Shown in pieces: positions 1-8,738 of a stretch of DNA of 64,000 nucleotides. The stretch comes from Gemmatimonadota bacterium (GTDB taxonomy: Bacteria; Gemmatimonadota; Gemmatimonadetes; Gemmatimonadales; GWC2-71-9), in NCBI GenBank assembly GCA_039591655.1, contig JBDHDE010000035.1, forward strand, positions 17,247 through 81,246. Reading direction: 5' to 3'. Below the pieces are notes generated by a model, which made no database searches, had not been told where the DNA came from, and saw only the letters and a program-made list of their open reading frames with translations. Positions within the stretch are counted from its first letter, which is position 1. Every line of letters begins with the position of its first letter. A program made the translations under genes and the position numbers.

Positions 1-303
1 TACCGCGGCGCCCTCGGTATCGTGTATGCGGCACTCGGCCGTCGGGACGACGCGATCCGCGAGGCGGAGCGCGGCGTGGAGCTCGTGCCGCTCGCGCTGG
101 ACGCGCTGCGGGGGTTCTACCGGATCGAGGACCTCGCCCGCGTCTATGCGGCAGTGGGAGAGCACGACCGGGCGGTAGAGCGCCTCGAGTATCTCCTGTC
201 CATACCAGGTGATCTGACGCCCGCCTATCTCGCCATCGATCCGTCGTGGCAGCCGCTGCGGGAGCACCCCGGCTTCCAGTCCATCCTCGCCCGGCACGAC
301 TGA
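1..303 (+). CDS. C-terminal TPR region of a partial protein, probably a Ser/Thr kinase or TolB-TPR sensor
   Basis: The frame appears open from the window start to TGA at 301-303. It has TPR-like helices and the tail DPSWQPLREHPGFQSIL, similar to the tail of the kinase at 47235-49460. Confidence 0.7.
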   Translation, partial: YRGALGIVYAALGRRDDAIREAERGVELVPLALDALRGFYRIEDLARVYAAVGEHDRAVERLEYLLSIPGDLTPAYLAIDPSWQPLREHPGFQSILARHD

Positions 304-572
304 GCCCACCGCGCACGGCTCTCTTCGATCCGCAGAGAGGCCACCAGCAGCTGACCACCACGGCGATCCCCGCCGTCCTTCCCAGTGGACAGCTGCTGCC
401 CCGTAGATCCGGTCACTTCGCGGTAACCGCTTGACCGTCAATCAATTACACCTGCGGGCCGCGAACGGTACCAATCTTGCTTTTTGCCAAATGCGAGGGG
501 AGGTCGCGCACTTGCAGCGGCAGGGCCTGCGCGACTCGAGCGCTGACCGGGAGCTCGGAAGGGCGGTGCAGC

Positions 573-1373
573 ATGAGAGCGGAGAACAGCAAGTTGAAGC
601 CCACCGTGTACATCACGACCGTGCCGGAGCTCCACGACGTGCAACGACAGCGGGCACTGCCGCAGACCGCAGCCTCAAGGCATTCGAGCCGCGGCGGGAG
701 ACACGCCCGCCGTCGCGGCGCAGCGACCCAGCGGAGACGGCGGAGTGACGGGTGGCGTCTCGGAACCGCGCTGCTGGTGCTGTTCGCCGCCACGGGATGT
801 GGGCCGAAGGTCATGGTGCCGCCCCGGCTCGACCTGGCGCGGTACTACGAGGTCGGGCTCGTGACCTTCACCATGGAGAACGGACGAGGGTCGTTGAATC
901 AGGTGGCCACGGAGCGCTTCGCGGCGGAGGTTTTCGCCGGGCAGCTGGGTGTGGGAATCCTGGAGCTGGGTGAGGCCGACCGGGTCGTCCAGGAGATCGG
1001 GGAGGTGGAGCTCGACGCCCGGGCTGCGCAGGCCATTGGTGACGTATACGGTGTGCCTGCCGTGTTCGTGGGCCACCTGAAGATCTCCAGTGTGAAGCCC
1101 CGGGCGGCGATCGTGGCGTTTCCCCGCATCGAGATCCCGCGGGTGGAGGCCACCGTGGGCGTGGAGATCACGGTCAGGCTGCTGTCCACCGAATCCGGCG
1201 CGACCCTGTGGAGCAACACGGGGAGCGCCACCGAGACGGTGGGCGAGCTGGGGCTCGTGGATGGCGAGGTGTACTTCGGGGCGCAGGATCCCAACGAGGC
1301 TTACGGCCGCCTGGTAGACATCCTGATCTACGACCTCACAGGCGACTTGCGGCCGACGTACGTGCGGCAATAG
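573..1373 (+). CDS. Putative lipoprotein (CsgG/DUF799-like fold)
   Basis: Lipobox-like LFAATGC after a hydrophobic stretch, and the motif VRLLSTESGATLWS. The start is uncertain. Confidence 0.6.
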   Translation: MRAENSKLKPTVYITTVPELHDVQRQRALPQTAASRHSSRGGRHARRRGAATQRRRRSDGWRLGTALLVLFAATGCGPKVMVPPRLDLARYYEVGLVTFTMENGRGSLNQVATERFAAEVFAGQLGVGILELGEADRVVQEIGEVELDARAAQAIGDVYGVPAVFVGHLKISSVKPRAAIVAFPRIEIPRVEATVGVEITVRLLSTESGATLWSNTGSATETVGELGLVDGEVYFGAQDPNEAYGRLVDILIYDLTGDLRPTYVRQ

Positions 1374-1480
1374 CTCGGCGCTCGCCGGTTTCTCTCCCCG
1401 GGGCGCAACCCCCCGGCGGTCTCATGTGTCCCTTACTGAGGAGTCCTCGCGTTCTCGGATGCTGCCAGGGAGTGTACCCC

Positions 1481-3295
1481 ATGCGATTTGGCCGATTGAT
1501 TGCCGCCGTCTCTTCGTTCACTCTGCTCGGATTCGCGCCCCGCGCCGGTGCCGCACAGACGGCGGCTGCCGTCTCCGGGCTGCGCTACGATGTCACCATC
1601 GACGGTGGGACGGTGCAGAGTAGGCATATCCACGTGAGGATGTCGTTCCGGGCCGGCGGCAGCGGACCGGTGCTCCTGTCGCTACCGGGGTGGACGCCGG
1701 GGTCCTACGAGCTCGACAACTTCGCGCGGTTCATCAGGAACTTCGAGGCGAGAAGCGGGGACCGCGCCCTGCGCTGGGACAAGACCGACTGGGACACCTG
1801 GCGCGTCCACCCGGAGGGTGCGCGAGCCGTCGAGGTGAGCTTCGACTACCGGGCCGACACGCTGGACGTCGGTATGGCCTGGACGGCGCCGGACTTCGCC
1901 TTCTTCAACGGCACCAATCTGTTCTTCTACCCCGAGGGTCAAAGCCTCGAGTTTCCCGCGCGCGTCGTGTTTCACATAGAGCCCGAGTGGCGCATCGCCA
2001 CCGGCCTGACGCCGGCGGCGGAGCCGGGCGAGTTCACCGCCTCCGACTATCACGAGCTGGTCGACATGCCGACACTGATCGGCCGGTTCGATCTCGACAG
2101 CGTTCGGATCGAAGGCCGGTGGTACCGGCTCGCCACCTATCCCGCGGGCGTGCTCGTCGGTGAGATGAGGGAGGATCTGTGGGAACAGACTCGGCGCATG
2201 ATGCCGCCGATGTCCGCCGTGTTCGGCGAGACGCCTTGGGACACGTACACCACGATGGCGGTGTTCGACGACAACTACCCCGGGGCGAGCGCGCTGGAGC
2301 ATCGGAACTCCCACCTCGGCATCTACATCACGCAGGCAATCGGGAGCCCGTTCCTCCCGTCGGTCCTGGCCCATGAGATCTTCCATGCGTGGAACGTGAA
2401 GCGGCTGCGGCCGGCGGAGATGGTGCCGTACGACTATGGCCAGGCCCAGCCCACGACACTCCTGTGGGTGAGCGAGGGGATCACGGACTACTACGCCGAC
2501 CTCGCAATGGTGCGTGGGCGCAATTGGGGGGCAGAGCAGTTCTACCAGGCCACGGCGGACAAGATCGGGACGGTGGCAAACTCGCGCCCCGTCGCTTTGG
2601 AGGACGCGTCGCTCTCCACCTGGATCGCGCCCGCCGATGGGACGGCGTACATCTACTACCCCAAAGGATCGCTCGCCGGGTTCATGCTCGACGTCATGGT
2701 TCGCGACGCCTCGGACAACGCGTGCTCGCTGGATGACGTGATGCGCGAGTTGTACGACGGCACGTACCAGGCCGGTGAGGGGTTCACCGAGGAGCAGTGG
2801 TGGGCAGCGGTGCGCCGCGCCGCCGGCGGGAGGTCGTTCGAGGAGTTCCATGCCCGCTTCATCGATGGCCGGGACGAGTATCCGTGGGACGAGATACTCC
2901 CGCTGGCGGGCCTGGAGTACGCCGTGGACTCGGTGTTCGCGCCGCGCATTGGGGTGTCGTTGACCCGGGACAGCGGCGGAACGCGGGTCACGCGGGTCAC
3001 GCCGGGTAGCGCCGCGGCGGAAGCTGGAGTGGCGCCGGACGACTACCTCCTCCGTGTCGGTGAGGTGGAAGTTGACGCCGCCGACTGGGCCGACACCTTC
3101 CGTGCGCGCTACGCCGACACTCCCGAGGGCACTCCGTACGAGATCGTGGTGCAGCGGAGTGAGGAGACCCTGACGCTACAGACGCACATGCGCTTCGCAC
3201 CGCGGGTCACTGCTGAGCTGCGGGAGGATCCCAACGCGTCACCGGAGGCGGTACGGATTCGTCAGGGGATTCTCACGGGTACGGTGAGTCGGTAG
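1481..3295 (+). CDS. M61 family glycyl aminopeptidase with C-terminal PDZ domain
   Basis: Signal peptide; motifs PGWTPGSY, ALEH, HEIFHAWN (HExxH), LWVSEGITDYY and YYPKG; PDZ-like VTPGSAAAEAGV. Confidence 0.9.
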   Translation: MRFGRLIAAVSSFTLLGFAPRAGAAQTAAAVSGLRYDVTIDGGTVQSRHIHVRMSFRAGGSGPVLLSLPGWTPGSYELDNFARFIRNFEARSGDRALRWDKTDWDTWRVHPEGARAVEVSFDYRADTLDVGMAWTAPDFAFFNGTNLFFYPEGQSLEFPARVVFHIEPEWRIATGLTPAAEPGEFTASDYHELVDMPTLIGRFDLDSVRIEGRWYRLATYPAGVLVGEMREDLWEQTRRMMPPMSAVFGETPWDTYTTMAVFDDNYPGASALEHRNSHLGIYITQAIGSPFLPSVLAHEIFHAWNVKRLRPAEMVPYDYGQAQPTTLLWVSEGITDYYADLAMVRGRNWGAEQFYQATADKIGTVANSRPVALEDASLSTWIAPADGTAYIYYPKGSLAGFMLDVMVRDASDNACSLDDVMRELYDGTYQAGEGFTEEQWWAAVRRAAGGRSFEEFHARFIDGRDEYPWDEILPLAGLEYAVDSVFAPRIGVSLTRDSGGTRVTRVTPGSAAAEAGVAPDDYLLRVGEVEVDAADWADTFRARYADTPEGTPYEIVVQRSEETLTLQTHMRFAPRVTAELREDPNASPEAVRIRQGILTGTVSR

Positions 3296-3307
3296 GCCTT
3301 CTAGAGG

Positions 3308-4162
3308 CTAGCCACCGAGCAGACCACGGCACGCCGCAGTGGCGGAGCGTGCGAAGTCCTCTACCTGCTGCCGCTGTGCCTCTGCGGACCCCTTAGCGAG
3401 GTCGCTGCCCAACAGGACTGCACCGGTCCACCCACTCGTATGCCAGACGCCGCCTCCCTCGAGCGCGGGAAGAGTCGGGTTGTCGGGGTGTGGCCACGGT
3501 GCCACGTACCAGTAGGGCTCCCTGTAGGATTCGTCCCCTGGTGTCATCCCCACCCCGATGGAACGGCGCGTTTCCGCCGGCAGGTCGAAGTCGAGGTGAA
3601 TGAGAAAGGCGATGTCGAAGTGGTGCGGCCAGCAGCGCACCGGCGTTGCTGCCGTCTCGCTCTCCCGCAGGGCACTGAGTAGCAGATCGGCATCGGCGTA
3701 CCAGCGTGCGAGCTCCTCGAATGCTTTCGAGGGCTCGAGTGCGAACGGCGTGACCCCCAATCCGGGCGCCGAGGGCGGCACCGGCGGGTCGGGCCTCTCG
3801 AGCTCTCGTTCATCTGCGCCGAGGTGCTCTGCCAGCAGCGCAGTGAGCCACGTGTAGGCATCGGCCATCGTATGGCCATGGAGGTCCAAGCGACCGAGCG
3901 TAGTGTGCTTCCCGTCCTGCAGTTCCAGCGCGAGGCCGGCTGGGTCGAGAGCGAGCCGGATGCTCCGCTGCGTGCTCGTGGGTGCGCCCACCAACAGTGC
4001 CCGAGCCGCGAGCCACTCGGCGCTGATGTGAGAGTAATCGGACGCCGCTTCGACGTATGTGGCGCCGATCGCCGCCACCGCCTGAACGGCCACGTGTAGC
4101 TGCTGGCGTGGGCCGACGAGGGTTTCGGGGGCGACGCGTCCCAGGGATTCCCAAGCCGTCAT
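3308..4162 (-). CDS. Conserved hypothetical protein (DUF5996-like)
   Basis: Motifs CWPHHFDIA and GMTPGDESYREPYWYVAPWP; GGAGA RBS before the ATG at 4162. Confidence 0.65.
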   Translation of the reverse strand: MTAWESLGRVAPETLVGPRQQLHVAVQAVAAIGATYVEAASDYSHISAEWLAARALLVGAPTSTQRSIRLALDPAGLALELQDGKHTTLGRLDLHGHTMADAYTWLTALLAEHLGADERELERPDPPVPPSAPGLGVTPFALEPSKAFEELARWYADADLLLSALRESETAATPVRCWPHHFDIAFLIHLDFDLPAETRRSIGVGMTPGDESYREPYWYVAPWPHPDNPTLPALEGGGVWHTSGWTGAVLLGSDLAKGSAEAQRQQVEDFARSATAACRGLLGG

Positions 4163-4364
4163 CTCATGTCTCCGATTCCGCGCCTGTGGGCTCTCCGTGT
4201 GTCCGGTCCTGCGTCTCGACTCTCCGCGGCCCCGCAATTTGGAGCGATGGTATCAGGATTGTGAATCCACCTACCCTGGATAGCTGCGTCCGCAAAACCT
4301 ATCGTTCAGGTGGTCCGGGCGACCCGGACAGCGGGCGCTCCTGGGCCTGACGCAGGAGGAAGCC

Positions 4365-4454
4365 ATGGCGTATCCCAGGAAGCACCGGGGGCGGAGGAAG
4401 CAGGGCAGCAAGCGGCGCCGCATGCGGCGCAAGCGTCGCAAGGGACGTCACTAG
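4365..4454 (+). CDS. 29-aa Arg/Lys-rich small protein MAYPRKHRGRRKQGSKRRRMRRKRRKGRH
   Basis: Strong SD AGGAGGA (4354-4360) just upstream of ATG 4365, TAG at 4452-4454, GC-rich third codon positions. Below the ORF-track length cutoff. Confidence 0.7.
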   Translation: MAYPRKHRGRRKQGSKRRRMRRKRRKGRH

Positions 4455-4645
4455 GGCCCGCTCTGGCGTAGCTGTTCCCCCCCTTGTAGAGGTTTGGTCG
4501 AAGCGCGCGCCATGACATGACGAGCGCCTCGACGGTGGAAACCGTACTATACTCGCCCGGCTGTATGGTGGCCCGCTAGGTGCGCGGGCCGCTTGTACTG
4601 TGGTGAGCGGTATATTGGGGAGATCACGGAGGCTGGGAGGATCTT

Positions 4646-5017
4646 ATGCCGGCGACCGCACCGGAGGCCTTTGCCACGCTGTACCATCGGCTGGCGCCCG
4701 GCGAGAAAGACCTCGTCAACGACGAGATCCACGCCGGGGTGTTCGAGGCCTTCAAAGACGTGAAGGCAGCGGCCCATCCGGATCTCATCGCGGATATCGC
4801 CGGCGAGGACTACGTGGGGCGGGGCTTGATGGCGCAGGCCCTGTTCCTGAGCTGGCGGGATCGGCAGGAAGGGGACTTTCTGCTGGAGCGGGTCCGCGAC
4901 CACATGATGGAGCAGCTGCGTGATGAGCGTACGCCGCTGCCTTCCATCTACCGATTGGGGGAAGCCCTGACCCGTTTCTGCGACGCGTGGCGGGAGGTGG
5001 GTGACAGCGGTTCGTAG
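4646..5017 (+). CDS. Hypothetical protein
   Basis: GGGAGG RBS before the ATG; natural-looking helical 123-aa sequence. Confidence 0.7.
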   Translation: MPATAPEAFATLYHRLAPGEKDLVNDEIHAGVFEAFKDVKAAAHPDLIADIAGEDYVGRGLMAQALFLSWRDRQEGDFLLERVRDHMMEQLRDERTPLPSIYRLGEALTRFCDAWREVGDSGS

Positions 5018-5039
5018 GACGGCTCGACCACCCCTCAAC

Positions 5040-5956
5040 ATGCCGGACCCGATCCTCCCATTCCTACAACAGCAGGGCGTGCTGCTGCTGGACGGTGGTC
5101 TGGCTACCGAGCTCGAGGCCCGGGGCCTCGACCTCAACGACCCGCTGTGGTCGGCCAAGGTGCTGCTCGAAGATCCCGATGTCATCCGCCAGGTCCACAT
5201 CGACTATCTGCGCGCGGGCGCCGACTGCATCGTCAGCGCGAGCTATCAGGCAACGCTCTCGCGTCTCCAAGAGCGGGGGCTCACTGAGGCCGAGGCCGCA
5301 GAGAACCTTCGCAGCGCGGTCCGCCTGGCAGTCGAGGCGCGGGACGGATTTTGGAGCGATCCCCAGAATCGACCTGGCCGGCTGAGGCCGCTGGTCGCGG
5401 CCAGCGTGGGCCCGTACGGGGCATACCTCGCCGACGGCTCCGAGTACACCGGGGGCTACGGCCTCACGTCGGCGGAGCTCCAAGCGTTTCACAAGCCGCG
5501 CTGGCACGTGTTGGCGCAGGTCAAGGCCGACCTGATGGCCTGCGAGACGCTTCCCTCCCATGAGGAAGGGCGCGCGCTCCTGGAGTTGCTGCGCGCGACG
5601 CCCGGCGTATACGCGTGGTTCAGCTTTACCTGTCGGGACGCCGAGCACATCAGCGACGGGAGCCCGCTCATTGAAGTGCTGTGGCGGTAGGGGTGAACTG
5701 CACAGCGCCCGCGTTGATCCCGAACCTGATCTATGAGGCGCGAAAGGCGACGGCGAAGCCCATCATCGTCTACCCGAACTCGGGCGAGAGGTACGACGCC
5801 GGGGCGAAGCGGTGGAAAGGAGACACACCAGCAGTGGACTTCGGGCGCGCGAGTGAGCTGTGGCGGGCGGCTGGCGCAACCCTGATCGGGGGGTGCTGCC
5901 GCACGGGTCCAGGGCACGTCCGAGAGATCCGCAGCTGCCTGCTGGCGCCCGCCTAG
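5040..5956 (+). pseudogene. mmuM: Homocysteine S-methyltransferase, frameshifted by a short deletion at ~5680 (or an assembly error)
   Basis: The N-part has LLDGGLATELE, LWSA, AASVGPYGAYLADGSEYTG and ACETLP and ends at TAG 5690. The C-part is in another frame from 5681 with AVGVNC, VYPNSGE and IGGCC. Confidence 0.85.
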
Positions 5957-6015
5957 CGGATGGCAACCCTGGGACTTATCAGTCGGTAATGGAAGGGGAT
6001 CCCAAGGAGGAGGGC

Positions 6016-7017
6016 ATGCGCGACTGGACCCGCAGGGACTTCGTGAAGACCTCGGCCGCGAGCCTGGCCGTGGTGGCGACGGGGCGACTCGGCTGGGCGC
6101 CGCCGCCCAAGGCACGGGTGAGCCTGGTGCCAGTGGGATCGGGTGGCCGGGAGGCGGCGATCCGCCGGGCCATCGAGCTCGTCGGCGCGCCACGGGTGAA
6201 TGGCCAATGGGTGGCGCTCAAGCCCAACTTCAACAGCGCCGATCCCTATCCGGGCTCGACCCACGGAGACACGCTCCGCACGCTGGTGCAGTACCTCCGG
6301 GAGCTCGGTGCAGGCCGGGTGACCGTGGCGGACCGTAGCGGCATGGGAGATTCGGCAGGCGTGATGGAGGACAAGGGCGTCCTGCTCCAGGCCCAGGCCC
6401 TCGACTTCGACGCCCTTCCCCTCGAAGACCTGGCGCCTGATGAGTGGCTCCATATCGAGCACCCGGACCTCCATTGGAGCCAGGGCTTTCACCTCGCCCG
6501 GGTGTTCCGCCGGGCCGACACCGTCGTGCAGACCTGCTGTCTCAAGACGCACCGGTACGGGGGGCACTTCACGATGTCCCTCAAGAACACCGTCGGAATG
6601 GTGGCGAAGACCGTGCCGGAGATCGAACACAACTTCATGCGTGAGCTGCACACGTCGAGCCACCAGCGGCGCATGATCGCCGAGCTGAACCTGAGCTACC
6701 AGCCGGCGCTCGTGGTGATGGATGCCGTCGAGTGCTTCACCCACGGCGGCCCCGACACCGGAACGGTGGCCCGGCCCAACGCGATCCTGGCATCCACCGA
6801 TCGGGTGGCCATGGACGCCGTGGGGGTGGCTATCCTGCGGGAGAAGGGAACCACGGCGAACGTCTCCCGAGGACCGGTCTTCGGCCTGGAGCAGATTGCC
6901 CGGGCCGTCGAGCTCGGGATCGGCGTGGAGGGTCCGGCGCAAATCGAGATCGTCACCGCCGAGGCCGAGGGCCGGCGCTACGCCGAGACCCTTAAGGAGA
7001 TCATGCTGGCGGCCTGA
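6016..7017 (+). CDS. DUF362 domain protein with Tat signal
   Basis: TRRDFVK twin-arginine motif; VALKPN, CLKTH, TMSLKN and ASTDRVAMD motifs; AAGGAGG RBS. Confidence 0.85.
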   Translation: MRDWTRRDFVKTSAASLAVVATGRLGWAPPPKARVSLVPVGSGGREAAIRRAIELVGAPRVNGQWVALKPNFNSADPYPGSTHGDTLRTLVQYLRELGAGRVTVADRSGMGDSAGVMEDKGVLLQAQALDFDALPLEDLAPDEWLHIEHPDLHWSQGFHLARVFRRADTVVQTCCLKTHRYGGHFTMSLKNTVGMVAKTVPEIEHNFMRELHTSSHQRRMIAELNLSYQPALVVMDAVECFTHGGPDTGTVARPNAILASTDRVAMDAVGVAILREKGTTANVSRGPVFGLEQIARAVELGIGVEGPAQIEIVTAEAEGRRYAETLKEIMLAA

Positions 7018-7218
7018 TCCCGGTCACGACTCGGGAGAGGGCTGGCGTGGCCCGGGACTCACCTCCCGGGCCACGCTCGCAATACCCCTCGCCGCCACGC
7101 CGTTTGGTGGCCCAACCCGTGCACACCTGAGTATTCTTCGATGCTGATCTCACCGGCTCCCCCCTCCGAGAGCCGAGCCTGAATGTCGATGATGTGACGT
7201 GGATGTGAGGAGAAAGCG

Positions 7219-8562
7219 ATGCCCAAGTTCAAGCACGTGAAGCTTCCCGCTGGCGATCTGATCACTGTGAAGGACGGCAAGCCCGTGGTGGGCGATCGGC
7301 CCATCGTCGGATCGCTGCGGGGTGATGGGATCGGGCTGGACATCACGCCGGCCATGAAGAACGTGGTCGAGGCCGCCGTGAAGAAGGCCTATGGCGGCAA
7401 GAAGGAGATCGCGTGGTGCCCGCTCTATGCCGGTCTCGAGGGCCTGCACACGTACGGTGAAGTGTTGCCGAAGGAGACGGTCGAGGCGATTCAGCACCTC
7501 AAGGTCGCCATCAAGGGACCCTTCACCACGCCGATCGGTGAAGAGACCCATGTATGCCTCTACTGCGCCCACCAGCAGTACCACGACGGGAGGTGCGACA
7601 AGTGCGGCAAGGACGACGGCGTCACCGAACGCTATCGCTCTATCAACGTGGGATTCCGGCAGGCGATGGACCTCTACGCCTGCGTGCGGCCCATCATGTA
7701 CTTCGAGGGCGTGCCGGCGCCCAACAAGTACGCCGATCAGGTGAACTTCGTGATCTTCCGTGAGAACACGGAGGACGTATATGCCGGCCACGACTTCGAG
7801 CGGGGTAGCGACGTGGCCATGGCGGTGATCGACTTGGTCAAGGAGAAGACGGGTAAGCAGATCCGCGAGGACAGCGGCATTGGCGTCAAGCCCATCTCGG
7901 TGACGGGCACCAAGCGTCTGGTGCGGAAGGCGTGCCAATGGGCCATCGCCAACGACCTCCCGTCGGTGACGTTTGTCCACAAGGGCAACATCATGAAGTT
8001 CACCGAGGGCTCGTTTGCCAAGTGGGGCTACGAGGTGGCCACCGAGGAGTTCGGCGACACGTTCGTGACCGAGAAGGCCTTGTGGGACGAGCTGGACGGG
8101 AAGATGCCGAAGGGCAAGAAGCTGGCGAAGGACCGGATTGCCGACTCGATTTTCCAGCAGATCCAGACCCGGCCGGCCGAGTACAGCGTTCTCGCGCTGC
8201 CCAACCTGAACGGCGACTATCTGTCGGACGCGGCCATCGCCCTGGTGGGCGGCCTGGGGTTGGGACCCGGCGCCAACATCGGCGAGGAGGTGGCGCTGTT
8301 CGAGGCGACCCACGGCACGGCGCCGAAGTACACGGGACTGGACAAGGTGAACCCGGGTTCGCTCATCCTCTCGGCGGTGATGATGCTGCAACACATGGGT
8401 TGGACGGAGGCCGCCGACCTCATCCTGGATGGGATGCGTAAGGCGATCAAGGATGCGCACGTGACCTACGACCTGGCCCGCCTGATGACGGCGGAGGGCC
8501 GCAAGGACGTGAAGGAATTGCCCTGTTCCGGCTTCGGCGAGGCGATCGTCGAGCGGATGTAG
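7219..8562 (+). CDS. icd: NADP-dependent isocitrate dehydrogenase with a zinc-ribbon-like insertion
   Basis: Motifs [37 protein letters not shown] and [16 protein letters not shown] and VTYDLARL carry the NADP-type residues. Confidence 0.93.
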   Translation: MPKFKHVKLPAGDLITVKDGKPVVGDRPIVGSLRGDGIGLDITPAMKNVVEAAVKKAYGGKKEIAWCPLYAGLEGLHTYGEVLPKETVEAIQHLKVAIKGPFTTPIGEETHVCLYCAHQQYHDGRCDKCGKDDGVTERYRSINVGFRQAMDLYACVRPIMYFEGVPAPNKYADQVNFVIFRENTEDVYAGHDFERGSDVAMAVIDLVKEKTGKQIREDSGIGVKPISVTGTKRLVRKACQWAIANDLPSVTFVHKGNIMKFTEGSFAKWGYEVATEEFGDTFVTEKALWDELDGKMPKGKKLAKDRIADSIFQQIQTRPAEYSVLALPNLNGDYLSDAAIALVGGLGLGPGANIGEEVALFEATHGTAPKYTGLDKVNPGSLILSAVMMLQHMGWTEAADLILDGMRKAIKDAHVTYDLARLMTAEGRKDVKELPCSGFGEAIVERM

Positions 8563-8738
8563 GCTGCGGGGATTCGCGCCGCGGGCGAGAGGCGGGAGAT
8601 GTCCGATTGGGCGTCTCCCGCCTCATCTCGTGGGGCAGGGAAACCGGTGGACCCACGTCCTCCCGTGGCCAAGGTGCCGGAAACCTGCTAGAATCCGGCC
8701 GGACGTGGTGGCGAGAGTGGGGTTGACGCGAGGTGGCT

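Noticed and set aside
377..390. Cobalamin riboswitch (minus-strand CCACTGGGAAGG)
   Set aside because: No B12 box or other conserved elements, and no suitably oriented downstream gene.
7150..8460. Long antisense or alternate-frame ORFs (for example 7150-8460, 11514-12848, 28515-30026, 34565-35983, 60423-61661)
   Set aside because: They are shadows of well-supported genes in high-GC DNA, with no recognisable motifs.
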